This document shows, in pieces, positions 25,187 to 37,974 of a stretch of 64,000 bases of DNA. Location: positions 168,642,001 to 168,706,000 of the forward strand of contig CM059425.1 in NCBI GenBank assembly GCA_030390025.1. Reading direction: 5' to 3'. Positions within the stretch are counted from its first letter, which is position 1. Each line of letters begins with the position of its first letter. Source of the DNA: Squalus acanthias (lineage: Eukaryota). Both the position numbers and the translations under genes were made by a program. The notes under the pieces are model-generated. The model saw only the letters and a list, made by a program, of their open reading frames with translations. It ran no database searches and was not told the DNA's origin.

Positions 25187-28029
25187 CCCTTTGAAATGGC
25201 CTAGCAAGTCACTCAGTTGTAACAAACCGCTACGAAAAGCAATAATAAGAATAAAACCGGACGGACCACCCAGCATTGACCTCTGCACCGACTTCGGACA
25301 CGACAACGGCACACCCAGCCCCGTTGACACTGCAAAGTCCTCCTCACCAACATCAGGGGACTTGTGCCAAAATTGGGAGAGCTGTCCAACAGACTAGTCA
25401 AGCAACAGCCTGACACAGTCATACTCATAGAATCATACCTTTCAACCAATGTCCTAGACTCCTCCATCACCATCGGCAGGACAGACCCACCAGAGGTGGC
25501 GGCACAGTGGTATACAGTCAGGAGGGAGTGGCCCTGGGAGTCCTCAACATTGACTCCGGACCCCATGAAGATTCATGGCTTCAGGTCCAGAATGGGCAAG
25601 GAAACCTCCTGCTGATTACCACCTATCGCCCTCCCGCAGCTGATGAATCAGTGCTCCTCCATGTTGAACACCACTTGGAAGAAGTACTGAGGGTAGCAAG
25701 GGCACAGAATGTACTCTGGGTGGGGGACTTCAATGTCTATCACCAAGAGTAGCTCGGTAGCACCACAACTGACTGAGCTGGCCGAGTCCTGAAGGACATA
25801 ACTGCCAGACTGGGCCTGCGGCAGGTGGTGAGAGAACCAACACAAGGGAAAAACCTACTTGACCTCGTCCTCACCAATCTGCCTGTCGCAGATGCATCTG
25901 TCCATGACAGCATTGGTAGCAGTGACCACCTGCACAGTCATTGTGGAGATGAAGTCCTGTCTTCACACTGAGGACACCCTCCAGGGTGTTGTGTGGCACA
26001 ACCACTGTGCGAAATGGGATAGACTCAGAACAGATCTAGCAGCCCAAAATTGGGCATCCATGAGGTGTTGTGGGCCATCAGCAGCAGCAGAATTGTATTC
26101 CACCACAATCCATAACCTCTTGGCCCAGCATATCCCTCACTCTACCATTACCATCAAGCCAGGGGACCAACCCTGGTTCAGTGAGGAGTGCAGAAGATCA
26201 TGCCAGGAGCAGCACCAGGCGTACCTAAAAATGAGGTGCCAACCTGGTGAATCTGCAACACAGGACTACATGCATGCTAAACAGCAGAAGCAGCATGCTA
26301 TAGACAGAGCTAAGCGATCCCACAATCAACGCATCAGATCAAAGCTCTGCAGTCCTGCCACATCCAGTCGTGAATGGTGGTGGATAATTAAACAACTAAC
26401 GGGAGGAGGAGGCACCATGAAGATCTCCATTCTCAATGATGGCGGAGCCCAGCATGCGAGTGCAAAAGAGAAGGCTGAATCGTTTGCAACCATCTTGAGC
26501 CAGAAGCGCCAAGTGGATGATCCATATCAGCCTCCTCCTGAGGTCCCCACCATCACAGAAGTCAGTCTTCAGCCAATTCGATTCACTCCACTTGATATCA
26601 AGAAGCGGCTGAGCGCACTGGATACAGCAAAGGCTATGAGCCCCGACAACATCCTGGCTGTCGTGCTGAAGACTTGTGCTCCAGAACTAGCCGCGCCTCT
26701 AGCCAAGCTGTTACAGTACAGCTACAACATTGGCATCTATCCAACAATGTGGAAAACTGCCCAGATATGTCCTGTCCACAAAAAGCAGGACAAATCCAAT
26801 CCAGCCAATTACCGCCCCATCAGTCTACACTGAATCATCAGCAAAGTGATGGAAGGTGTCGTCGACAGTGCTATCAAACGGCAATTACTCACCAATAACC
26901 TGCTCACTGATGCTCAGTTTGGGTTCCGGCCGGACCACTTGACTCCAGACCTCATTACAGCCTTGGTCCAAACATGGACAAAAGAGCTGAATTCCAGAGG
27001 TGAGGTGAGAGTGACTGCCCTTGACATCAAGGAGCCCTAGTAAAATTGAAGTCAATGGGAATCAGGGGGAATACTCTCCACTGGCTGGCATCATACCTAG
27101 CACAAAGGAAAGATGGTTGTGGTTGTTGGAGGTCAATTATCTCAGCCCCAGGACATCGCTGCAGGAATTCCTCAGGGCAGTGTCCTCGGCCCAACCATCT
27201 TCAGCTGCTTCATCAATGACCTGACCTTATGATGGAGGGAAGAAGTGGGGATGTTTGCTGATGATTGCACAGTGTTCAGTTCCATTCGCAACTCCTCAGA
27301 TAATGAAGCAGTCCATGTCCGCATGCAACAAGACCTGGACAGCATTCAGGCTTGGGCTGCGAAGTGGCAGGTAACAGCCACAGAGTACCAGGCAATGACT
27401 ATCTCCAACAAGCGAGAGTCTAACTACCTCCCCTTGACATTCAATGGCATTACTATCGCCGAATCCCCCACCATCAACATCCTGGGGGTCACCATTGACC
27501 AGAAACTTAACTGGACCAGCCACACAAATACTGTGGCAACAAGAGCAGGTCAGAGACAGGGTATTCTGCGGTGAGTGTCTCACCTCCTGACTCCCCAAAG
27601 CCTTTCCACCATCTACAAGGCACAAGTAAGGAGTGTGATGGAATACTCTCCACTTGCCTGGATGAGTGCAGCTCCAACAACACTCAAGAAGCTCGACACC
27701 ATCCAGGACAAAGCAGCCCGCTTGATTGGCACCCCATCCACCACCTTAAACATTCACTCCCTCCACCACCAGCGCACCGTGGCTGCAGTGTGTACCATCT
27801 ACAAGATGCACTGCAGCAACTCACCAAGGCTTCTTCGACAGCACCTCCCAAATCCACGACCTCTACCACCTAGAAGGACAAGGCCAGCAGGCGCATGGGA
27901 ACACCATCACCTGCAAGTTCCTCTCCAAGTTACACACCATCCTGACTTGGAAATATATCGCCGTTCCTTCATCATCGTTAAGTCAAAATCCTGGAACTCC
28001 CTTCCTAACAGCACTATTGGAGTACCTTC

Positions 28030-28140
28030 CTACATTACAACAGTGACTCCACTTCAAAAGTACTTCATTGGCTGTAAAGTGCTTTGAGACGTCCGGTGGT
28101 CGTGAAAGGCGCTATATAAATGTAAGTCTTCTTTCTTTCC
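28030..28140 (+). mobile_element. Deu-SINE/L2-type 3' tail inserted into the family B LINE 3' end
   Basis: tacattacaacagtgact...ggcgctatataaatg; CCTTC at both sides. Confidence 0.75.
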
Positions 28141-29489
28141 TTCACCACACACTGCAGCGGTTCAAGTAGGGGGCTCACTTCTACCTTCTCCATGGCAATT
28201 AGGGATGGGCAATAAATGCTGGCCTTGCCAGCGACGTCCACATACCAGGAACGAATAAAAAAACACACATTGGAAGGAAAATTGAAAAATGTGAACTATG
28301 GGTGTTATAAAAGTAGCTAACGGTGAATTAGAAAGGGATCGGGTGTGGGGGGTGTTGATGGTACATTACTGTGTCAAATCACTATGGAGTAATAAAGAAA
28401 GAAAACAGTATGCGTAACAATTTTACTCGAGCTGAGTATAAATCAGAAGATGTTATGCTGAAGAGGGACAGTATCGAGGTCTGACTGCATCTTAAGTGTT
28501 GTCAGACATGAGGGATATATTCAAGCCATGGAGACAGTACAGAGAAGAAATAAGTCTGATCACTTACATTAAACAATTGTATTGAGAAACTGGATTCATC
28601 TAGGCCCTAAACTCTAGAATTCCCTCCCTAAGCATATCTGCGCCTCCACCTCTCTCGCCTTTAAGACATTCCTTAAAACTTATCTCTTTGACCAAATTTA
28701 TAGTCACCTGCTCTAATACTGTATCTCCTTCTTTGGCTCGGTGTCAATTTTTGTCTGATTATGCTCCTTTGGACATTTTACTATATTAAAGGCACTTTAT
28801 AAATCCAAGTTATTATTGTTAGCCTTGAAAGAGTGTAGCTTCGAGAATATAGAATACTATTTCAAGGAATGCCAGCATACGAGAACAGAGGGGTGTAAAT
28901 TAAAAGTATGAAAAGTTTCAGGGCACATGCCAATAACTCACAGAAAATGATCAACACTTGGAATGGTCTTTCAGTTCAGGTAGTGAAGGTGAAAACCTTA
29001 CTCATTCAAGAGACAGATACAGTGATAGAGGAATGTAAGTTTTTCTTTATTCATGATGGACAAAGTATAGTGGGCTAACTAGCCTCCCCCATTGTATCTG
29101 TCTTGTGAATGTGACTTTAAGACTTGAGGCGAATGCTCTTGGTCTCTGTAAGTGATTTATATTAGATTCGGTCTATGATACTCGGAGACCAGATGGAGCA
29201 TCTAGTTATGTGTATCCGAGATAACGTACACAGTACCTGACCTCCTCAGCTTCCCTATAACCATCCTATAAAACATAACATAACAAGAATGAATGGATGC
29301 CTCCTTACTTAGAATATTCCAAGGACAGGCTCGACTGGACAGGGTTTCAATCTTTAGCTGCCTAATTATTAATGATACAATGATTATTCTAAAATGGAGC
29401 CTGCAAAGGTACTTCGCTTACAGCCTCCACGGTTCCATCGGGTTAGGACCTGCCTCAAAGTAGTCATGGTTGGGGTTGTGATTTTTCAT

Positions 29490-30549
29490 CTACATAGATA
29501 CATAGATACATAGAAGATAGGAGCAGGAGTAGGCCATCCGGCCCTTCGAGACTGCTCCGCCATTTAATGAGATCATGGCTGATCCTCCAATTCAGTATCC
29601 CGTCCCCGCCTTCTCTCCGTAACCCTTAACCCCTTTTGCCTGTAGAAATATATCTAATTCCCTCTTAAATATATTTAATGAGCTGGCGTACACTGCCCTC
29701 TGTGGCAATGAGTTCCACAGGTTCACCACCCTCTGAGTGAAGAAATTCCCCCTCATTTCTGTCCTAAATGGTTTAGCCCTTATCCTTAAATTATGTCCTC
29801 TAGTTCTGTTCTCACCCGCCAAGGGAAACATTCCTTCTGCATCTAGTCTGTCTATACCTGTCAGAATTTTATACACTTCTATGAGGTCCCCTCTCAATCT
29901 TCTAAACTCCAGTGTGTACATCCCTAAACTACATAGTCTCTCCTCATAGGTCAATCCCGCCATTCCTGGTATCAGCCTGGTGAATCGCCGCTGCACCCCC
30001 TCCATGGCAAGAACATCTTTCCTCAGATGAGGCGACCAAAACTGTACACAGTACTCGAGGTGTGGTCTCACCAGTGCCCTGTACAGCTGCAGCAAGGTAT
30101 CCCTGTTCCTGTATTCCAACCCTTTTGCTATGAAGGCCAGCATACCGTTTGCCTTCTTGACCGCCTGTTGCACCTGCATGCTCGCCTTCAGTGACTGGTG
30201 TACAAGAACACCCAGGTCTCTCTGTACTTCCCCCTCTCCCAATTTATTGCCATTTAAATAATAATTTGCCCTCCCGTTCCTGCACCCAAGGTGGATAACT
30301 TCGCACTTGTCCACATTATAGTGCATCTGCCATTTATCCGCCCAATCACCCAGTCTGTCCAAATCGCTCTGGAGCTTCCTGGTCTCCTCCTCTGAGCCCA
30401 CCCCCCCTCCGAGTTTAGTGTCGTCTGCAAATTTGGAAATGCTGCATCCGACTCCCTGATCCAGGTCATTAATGTAAATTGTGAACAGCTGGGGACGCAG
30501 GACAGATCCCTGCGGTACCCCACTTGTTACTGCCTCCCATTCAGAAAAT
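29490..30549 (-). mobile_element. Relatively young CR1 LINE 3' part
   Basis: Uninterrupted 269-aa ORF 29592-30401; tandem 8-mer tail (acatagat)n. Confidence 0.93.
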
Positions 30550-30867
30550 GGGTAATTGTATGGGTAATTGCTGTGTCATGTGGTCACGGGAGAGGAAAAT
30601 TGTGTCCTTTGGGCTCCTGGATTGTTTGGTGTTCCTGCAATTCCAGTTAGTGGCTAACTATCACTCACATGAACTCAGTCCCAATACAAATTGAACCTTC
30701 TTGCTAATTTTATCCGACGTCATATCTTTATTAATATATTTCTATATATATCTTATTAAAAATCTTCACACACTTCCTGTCTCCACCACTTGACTTCTTG
30801 TCACATTTTGTCACACTGTGTCCCTCTTTTTTCAGTATAAATTCCTATATAATAGATTTTGCTTACA

Positions 30868-31590
30868 TTGTCTGAAGCTGAACCAGACCGTTTGCAACCT
30901 TGGTGTTGTATTTGACCCCGAGATAAGCTTCCAACCACATCCGCTCCATCATCAAGACCGCCTACTTCCACCTCCGTAACGTTGCCCGTCTCCGCACCTG
31001 CCTCAACTCATCTGCTGAAACCCTCATCGTTGCCTTTGTTACCTCCAGACTTGACTATTCCAATGCTCTGCTGGCCGGCCTCCCATCTCCACCCTCCATA
31101 AGCTTGAGCTCAACCAAAAGTCTGCTGCCTGGATCTTAACTCACAACAAGTCCTGTTCATCCATCACCCCTGTGCTCACTGACCTACATTGGCTCCCGGT
31201 CCAACAATGCCTCGATTAAAAAAATTCTCATCCTTGTTTTCAAATCCCTCCATGGCCTCGCCCCACCCTCTCTCTGTAACCTCTTCTAGCCCTATAACCC
31301 TCCGAGATCTTTGCGCTCCTCCAAATCTGGCCTCTAATCGCTTCACCGTTGGCGGAGCTTTCAGCTGCCTCGGGCATAGGCTCTGAAATTTCCTCCCTAA
31401 ACACCTCTGCGTCTCTCTCTTCCTTTAAGACGCATCTTAAAACCTACCTCTTTAACCAAGCTTTTGATCACCTGTTCTAATACCTCTTTGTGTGGCTCGG
31501 TGTCAAATTTTTTCTTGGTAAAGCTCTTGTGAAGCACCTTGGGATATTTTACTACGTTAAAGGCACTATATAAATGCAAGTTGTTGTTAT
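30868..31590 (+). mobile_element. L2-type LINE 3' fragment
   Basis: AFVTSRLDYSNALLAG and HITPVLTDLHWLPV reading; tail ggcactatataaatgcaagttgttgtt. Confidence 0.85.
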
Positions 31591-32039
31591 ACATTACACA
31601 ATTGGGTAGCTGTGGGGCAAATTGCTGAACTGTTTCTCCCTGCTTGAATGGCCATCTTTTTTCTTTTACAAGTGATTTTTTTCCTGGCAGGTAAGTTGCT
31701 TTTACAGTTTTAAACTTCACATTTTTTTTTTTGATGTTAAATATTAACAATGATATTATTTCCCTGCTTTGTGTCTCATCTCTCCTCTGCTTTTTCACTC
31801 AACTCTCCTCAGCTTTATACACCAAGCTGTTTAATCAACTTCAGAGGCCTGTTCTCAGCCGCTCTGTGGCTGGTTGTCTTAAATGTATTTAATTTGTTTT
31901 AAGTAGCCGTCTTGTTCACCCCCGCTTATCAGTATTTCAGGAGGCCCTCCTCGGCTGTTGCTGCTGGTCCCTGCATCTGCCAATTGGTTGCCCTGTGGCC
32001 ACTAGATTCTAAAACCTGTGTGCATTTAACTTGATTGAT

Positions 32040-32260
32040 ATAATCCCCCTCCTCCTTTCACTTCCCCGTCAGTTCCCTCCCCTCCTTCCCCTTCTCTTTC
32101 CCACCCTTCCCCTCTACTCCTTGATTCTTCCTCCCCCATTTTTGCCCCCCTTGATTCCTGTTCCGCCTTCCTTTGCACCCTTTGATTCCTCCTCTGCATC
32201 CCCCTCTCTTCCTCCTGACCCCCCTCTCTCCCCCCCCCCCCCCCCCCCCTTGTAGGCTAA
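32040..32260. repeat. Pyrimidine-rich low-complexity tract with poly-C
   Basis: C/T-rich with a run of about 20 C ending at 32249. Confidence 0.8.
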
Positions 32261-33450
32261 CCACCCTCCCCAACTCCACACTTGCCAAAACTCCCATATT
32301 GGCTTCACCGCTACCTCTGGGCTCCAACCCTACACCAGGGTCCTTGAATTCTCTTCTCTTTCCAACCCCATCCCCGGTCACGTCTGTAACTCTCTTCTGC
32401 TCTCTTACTATGTTACAGCTTTCCGCGGCTTCTAATGTTGTCCTCCAGGCCACAAACTTTCCAAAGCCTTTTCCCTCTCCCCGGCCTCTAACTCTCAACT
32501 CACGTCACCTTCCCCTCACTACTGTACCTTCCGCTTTAGCCTCTTTTGCCCTCCATTATCACAGTGCTCTCTTGACCCTGATACAATAATCCCCCACCCT
32601 CTAACTCCTCTTCACCTGAGTGCAGCACACAGGGGATCGGCTTAATTTAATTAATTTATTAAAACATACGCAAAGCAATAAAAACGGTACTTCAGTTGCT
32701 TTTGCGAACCAATGCAAGCTCCTAGTTTAACGGCACGCTGAGCAAATCATTGGTCAGCAAATACAATTAGGAAGTCTAGGATCTCATTTCTCAGTTTAAT
32801 GTGATTGATAAGTGTTTAATAGAAAACAGAATTGTAGCCATGTTAACAGAATGATGGGTTTCTTGATGCAGGTTTTTCTCGGGTGTTGTTGATCAGGATA
32901 ACAAAATTAAGTTGTACCAAATTTTAAGTGTATTTTGTGTAATTTGTGTTCTCTACAATTAGGCTGCTATGGATTGACTTAATTGACAAGCATCATTTGT
33001 TTAATCTGATAGCAAAGTCAATTCAGTTGCAGTTACATCTTATTTTAATTCTGATTAGAAATATATTAACATTGGTCATTTTAAAGCAATAAGCCAATGT
33101 CCTTGCTCACAGGGCAGATTTCCAGTTTTTCTTGCTCATTCACTGTAAATCTTTTGATTATGGATGGTTATTTGAGGCATATTTTATGCTGCAAATAGGT
33201 TTGTTCACTTCAATATAATGAGACTAATGTAACCTGCCCTGCATCATCATCTTGTGAATAATTAAGCAGTGTTGATTGCTTATATGTATGCCAATGGTCA
33301 TGTAAGTTTGCACCACATGTGTAATTCTTGTCTTAATTATGTCTCTTTATTTATTTAACAATTAATAACTCTCTAATAACCTGGCTGTCTCTCTAGTGTC
33401 TGTACAATAAGTATAGCATAAGCAGAGTTATAAAATTCTTCTGAAATAAT

Positions 33451-33979
33451 GGGCTGGATTTTGCGACCCCTACGGGAGCGTAGTGCATGCGCTGAAACCC
33501 GGCACTTGCGATCTGTCAAGAATTCTCTTGACATCCTCCGCATGCCCAAGAAAAGTTTCTCTGCGGGTGGAGAGTTGCGCTTTTTGCTCAACTTCCGCCC
33601 GCTGAAAGCCTGTCAAATTAAATTTTTGTTTAAAATATTTAATTAAATGGTATTTTAATTAATTTTAAATATGTAATTTAAAAAAAAAATTGTATTTAAT
33701 GTGTTGGTGCATTTTTTCAGTGATCCCCATTCATACTTTTGACAGTTCTGTACGTACGGACCTGTCAAAAGTATGAATGGGGATTCTCTTTTTCTGGTTG
33801 GGCCGGCCCACGTGATCCTACGGAACCGCCTGCGCCCCTGGGATACGTGGCCCACGTGGACCCGGAGAGGCCCAGGATCGCAAGCTGCCATTCTTCCCGG
33901 GCCACCAGGTACTTTTGTAGAAACTTTGCAGGTCGGAGGCATCCGCCCGCGGGAAGCCCCCGATTGCAAATGTTGGCCC
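33451..33979. mobile_element. Harbinger-like MITE with central 62-bp palindrome
   Basis: AAT TSD (33448-33450 and 33980-33982); TIRs gggctggattttgcga / ttgcaaatgttggccc; palindrome at 33723-33784. Confidence 0.8.
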
Positions 33980-34661
33980 AATAAATGAGGCTCCCTCCCA
34001 TCTTCTTCTCTTCGTATCCTGAAGACACTGACTCATACTGGTGTGTGGTTCCTCGGGCACCAGTGTTAGCAGGCTGTTCAACTGTGGAGAGCATCAAAGC
34101 TAAGCCCCATTCAGTCTTCAGCTAACACCCACACACATCTGCACTTTCCAGCAAAAGTGACTAGATAGTGATGCGGAGCTGGAACCCTGGTTGATTTGAC
34201 CTCATTCTAAGCATTATTTGAACACTGAATTGGCTTAATACTTTTTTAAAACTGCATTCACTCTGAAGTGCAGCCAATGGGCATGAGTGAAGAAGTTCTG
34301 TTTTACAGTAAAAAATTGTTTTTAATAAACATGGGTCATAACGATGAAAAACCCTTTACCTTTATCCTCTGACACATTTTGTTTACCTGGGCAGGTTGGG
34401 TGCGGGTGATCGCTGTGGCGGGTTGCGACCCTGCTGTTGATTCCATCCCGCTCCTGAAATCGACTTTGCGTTAATGGGGCCTATTAAGCCTGCCCTGCGT
34501 GTTACCCGACCCAATTAAATGGTGCGGGTCGGATGACTTCATCGGTGACGCGTTTTCAGCCGGGATATTTAAAGGCTCCCTGGCCACATTGCATTTGAAG
34601 GTTGATCCAGGAGTGTATAGGCAGCACACTGCACATTGGAGTGTTGCAAACATTTACAGAG

Positions 34662-36523
34662 ATGACTGCACAGAGACAGAGGGCTGCATCCAGGTTCTTC
34701 GATGACTCCCTCCATATGCTTGTGGAGGGAGCCAGAGCGCGCAGGGAGGTCCTCTTCCCTTTGAGCGGAAGAGACCTCCCCAGGAGACCAAAAGAGCCTG
34801 GCTCCAAATAGCTGAGGAGATCAACAGCAGGGATGTGGTCAGGAGGACCTGGGTGCAGTGCTGCAAACATTTCAATGATCTCATTAGATCAGGAAACGGG
34901 AGTACAAAGCCACACTCAACTTCATCCTGCTGTGCCTCTCATCACATCCCCATCACTCTGCCTTCCCAACCCTGCTCCTGCACATCCTTCCTCACACCAA
35001 CAACCTTGCATGTCCAACCCACCCCTCTCTCTCTACCTACATACTCACATCCCCATCTGACTAGCCACCCCTCACACTCATCCTCATCCTAATGCAATCA
35101 TACCAACTAACAACACACAAGGAGGCCACTTGGCTTTGACACCCCACTCCATCATAACCTCCCTCTAATAATGTAATCCATCTATTCCTTACACTCATTC
35201 AACCTTCTTTTCTTTCCCTCCTTGCAGGAAAAGAGAGCCCACAATAAGAGGGAGAGAGAGAACCGGAGGTGGAACGCCATCATGGGCGACCCTAACAGCA
35301 GCCTTAGAAGTTTCGGGAGTCACTGAGCTGCTGGAGGTGGGAGACGGAGAGGGGGGGACATCTCAGCAACCTGGTGACAGAATTACTATCATACAGCTAC
35401 ATGGCATACATCATATGGGGACTGATGTCAGCTGCCACTGAATCGACGTCATGTGCATAATGGTATCTGTACCCATTCTTCATATGACATATCAAACTCA
35501 TCTCTTTACTCTCCCACAGGTCCATGAAGAGCACCCTCCCCCCGCAACTGTCGAGGAAGACAATGCCTCAGAGGAGCCTCCAGCCTCTGAGGGTGCACCA
35601 TCACCAGACATGAGCACACCCAGCACAAGCGCAGATACGCACACCTTGGTGGGTGCAATGTGAGATAGAGTAGTATTGTCACCTAGTGTCTCTCAAGTCA
35701 CAAGTGAGCAAGAGCAGATGGTGGAGACAGGGACAGCAGTGAAGACTCCTCACCGGAGGGCGCAGGATGCTCCCAGCTCTGCTCAGCTGCATGCAGACAC
35801 TGAGCCTCGGGAGCCATCCAGAAAGAGGGAGTTTCTGGAGGTGTAGCAAGAAGTGCAGGAGGCTTTGACAGGTTTTGCAAGTGCGATGTTTGCAAATGTC
35901 CAGAGAATGGCAGAGTCCATCTCCAACATGAGCACCACTGTGTTGCAGACGATGGTGACTGCAGGCTCTTCCATGGCTAGGATGGTCACCTGCATGGAGC
36001 AGCTAATGCGCCACTCACAGGAGCACATGGTCTCTATGGAGAATAGATGGCTATCTATGGGGGATAGATAGCTATCTATGGAGAATAGATGGCAGAGACT
36101 CATAGACCTCCTCTCTAGGAGGGATGTCAACGTGGATGTGGGTCCTCATGGCCCCACTAATGTGCAGCAAGGTGCTCTCCAGCTCCTTGCTAGCAGGGAA
36201 GTGCGGGTGGCCCATTAGAGGAATGATGGCGAGAGGGTACATGGAAATGGGGGCTCCTCTCGAAGCGTTCACAATTCTCCCCCGTTGCCACCCCTCAGTC
36301 AGAGCCCCAGATGCCTCCTCGGACAGCGATGGCCGAGTCTGCCCCTGCACAGTCGCAGGAGGAGCAGACTTTGGCCATCAAAGGCTCCAAAACCCAAAGG
36401 ACATCCGCCAAGAGTGTCTAAGCAGTCGCAGCAGGGAAGTGAGTAGGTGCCTCTACCTCTGCTGAAGCCACAGGGGTAGCACCTCGTAGAAGCACACGTA
36501 AGAGAAAGATGACCCACAAGTAG
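34662..36523 (+). pseudogene. Harbinger Myb/SANT-like DNA-binding protein gene, probably three exons, disrupted
   Basis: MTAQRQRAASRFFDDSLHMLVEG...REVLFP then frameshift to KRAWLQIAEEIN...RRTWVQCCKHFNDL; acceptors at 35227 (EKRAHNKRER) and 35519. Confidence 0.8.
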
Positions 36524-36829
36524 ATTCACAAGGGTAGCCACTTGGGTGTTTTATTCAATGTTTCTGTAAAGTTTCCATTAGTGTGATGTTACAGATAAAA
36601 ATCTTTATTTTCAACTCTTTGTGTACACCTTTGGAAGTGGCTTAGTGAGTTGGAGTGAATGGTGAGACATAGCGTTACCTCCAGCAGTAGTGGTCAGTGT
36701 GAAAGGAATGGCTTGGTCATTGTAGGGATGCTTTATGGTGTTGCTGTGGGTGGTGCCAACCTGGCGCAGCATGTGGCAGCCATATGGGTGTCTTGCGTAA
36801 AGTTACTCAAATCTGGCTATGATGAGCCC

Positions 36830-37974
36830 ATCCCTGGCCTCCCGGGCAGCAATCTGCTTGGGTGCTGGTAGGATCTAGACCACTGGTTCCTTCTGCTCCT
36901 TCTCCTCTGAAGAGTCTGTGCTCTGTGCCTTGCTCCTCATGTAGCGCTAATCCTCGCTGCTCCGCTATGTTATGCAGGACGCAGCAGACCACAACGATTC
37001 TGGAGACCCTGGCTGGTGCGTACTGAAGGGCTCCTCCAGATTTGTCAAGGCATCTGAAGCGCATGCCTATTGTCTGCTCTATGACACTTCTGGTGGAAAT
37101 GTGGCTTTCATTAAATTTTTCCGCAGCCTCAGTTCTTGGCCTCCTCAAGGGTGTCATGAGCCACGTCTTCAGTGGATAGCCCTCGTCTCCAAGCAGCCAG
37201 CCAGAAAGTTTGTTTGGAGGAGTGAAGAGCTGAGGGAGGCTGGACTGGCGAAGGATGAACAGGTCATGGCAGCTGCCAGGGAATTTGGCGCGCACATGCA
37301 TGATGATCTTCCTGTGGTTGCAGACCAGCTGCACATTGAGGGAGCGGAAGCCCTTGCGGTTGACAAAGACTCCTGGGTTATGATGGGGTGCCCTGATGGC
37401 CACGTGTGCAGTCGATGACGCCCTGTACGTGTGGGAAGCCAGCCAGAGTGGCAAAGCTGAGCGCCCGCTCAGTAACACTGGCTTCCTCAGTGGCAAAGTT
37501 GAACTAATTGACTGACTTGTTAAAGAGGGCATCGGTGACCTGTGTGATGCATCTGTGGGCGGCCGACTGCGAGATGCCGGAAATGTCTGCTGCAAATCCC
37601 TGGAAGGAGCCTGAGGCGAAGAAGTTGAGGGCGCTGGTGACTTTGACAGCCACTGGTAAGGCGTGACCACCCACTCCTCTGGGCTGCAGGTCTTGCTCCA
37701 GCAATGTGCAGATGTGTGCAACGACCTGGTGCGATAGCCTGAGCCTCCTTTGGCACTGCTGCTCAGTCATGTTGAGGAAGCTCATCCTCTGCCTATATAC
37801 CCTATGTTGGGGGTACTGCCTCCGGCGCGGTGCAGCCCTGCACTGATGCCCTCTATCCTGTGCAGCATCAGGCGGTTGAGGAGAATGGTGGTGGTGTTGT
37901 TGGTGCTGCTGGTGTGGGGGCTTATCGTGATCCGATTCTGACGATCAAGGTGAGACAGTATAAACGGCACCCAT
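36830..37974 (-). pseudogene. Harbinger (HARBI1-like) DDE transposase, frameshifted
   Basis: [60 protein letters not shown] motifs. Confidence 0.9.

Larger units (their letters stand above)
22872..28263 (+). mobile_element. Long family B LINE (5' region 22872-22973 and 25185 onward; endonuclease plus RT, disrupted) hosting nested insertions
   Basis: APE motifs (TNIRGL, ILIESYL, TTYRPP, GDFN at ~25340-25750), RT ORFs 25859-28087, A-rich tail at ~28255. Confidence 0.88.

Noticed and set aside
32031..32589. Pro-rich and Gly-rich ORFs on both strands
   Set aside because: Low-complexity C/T tract that lacks stop codons for compositional reasons
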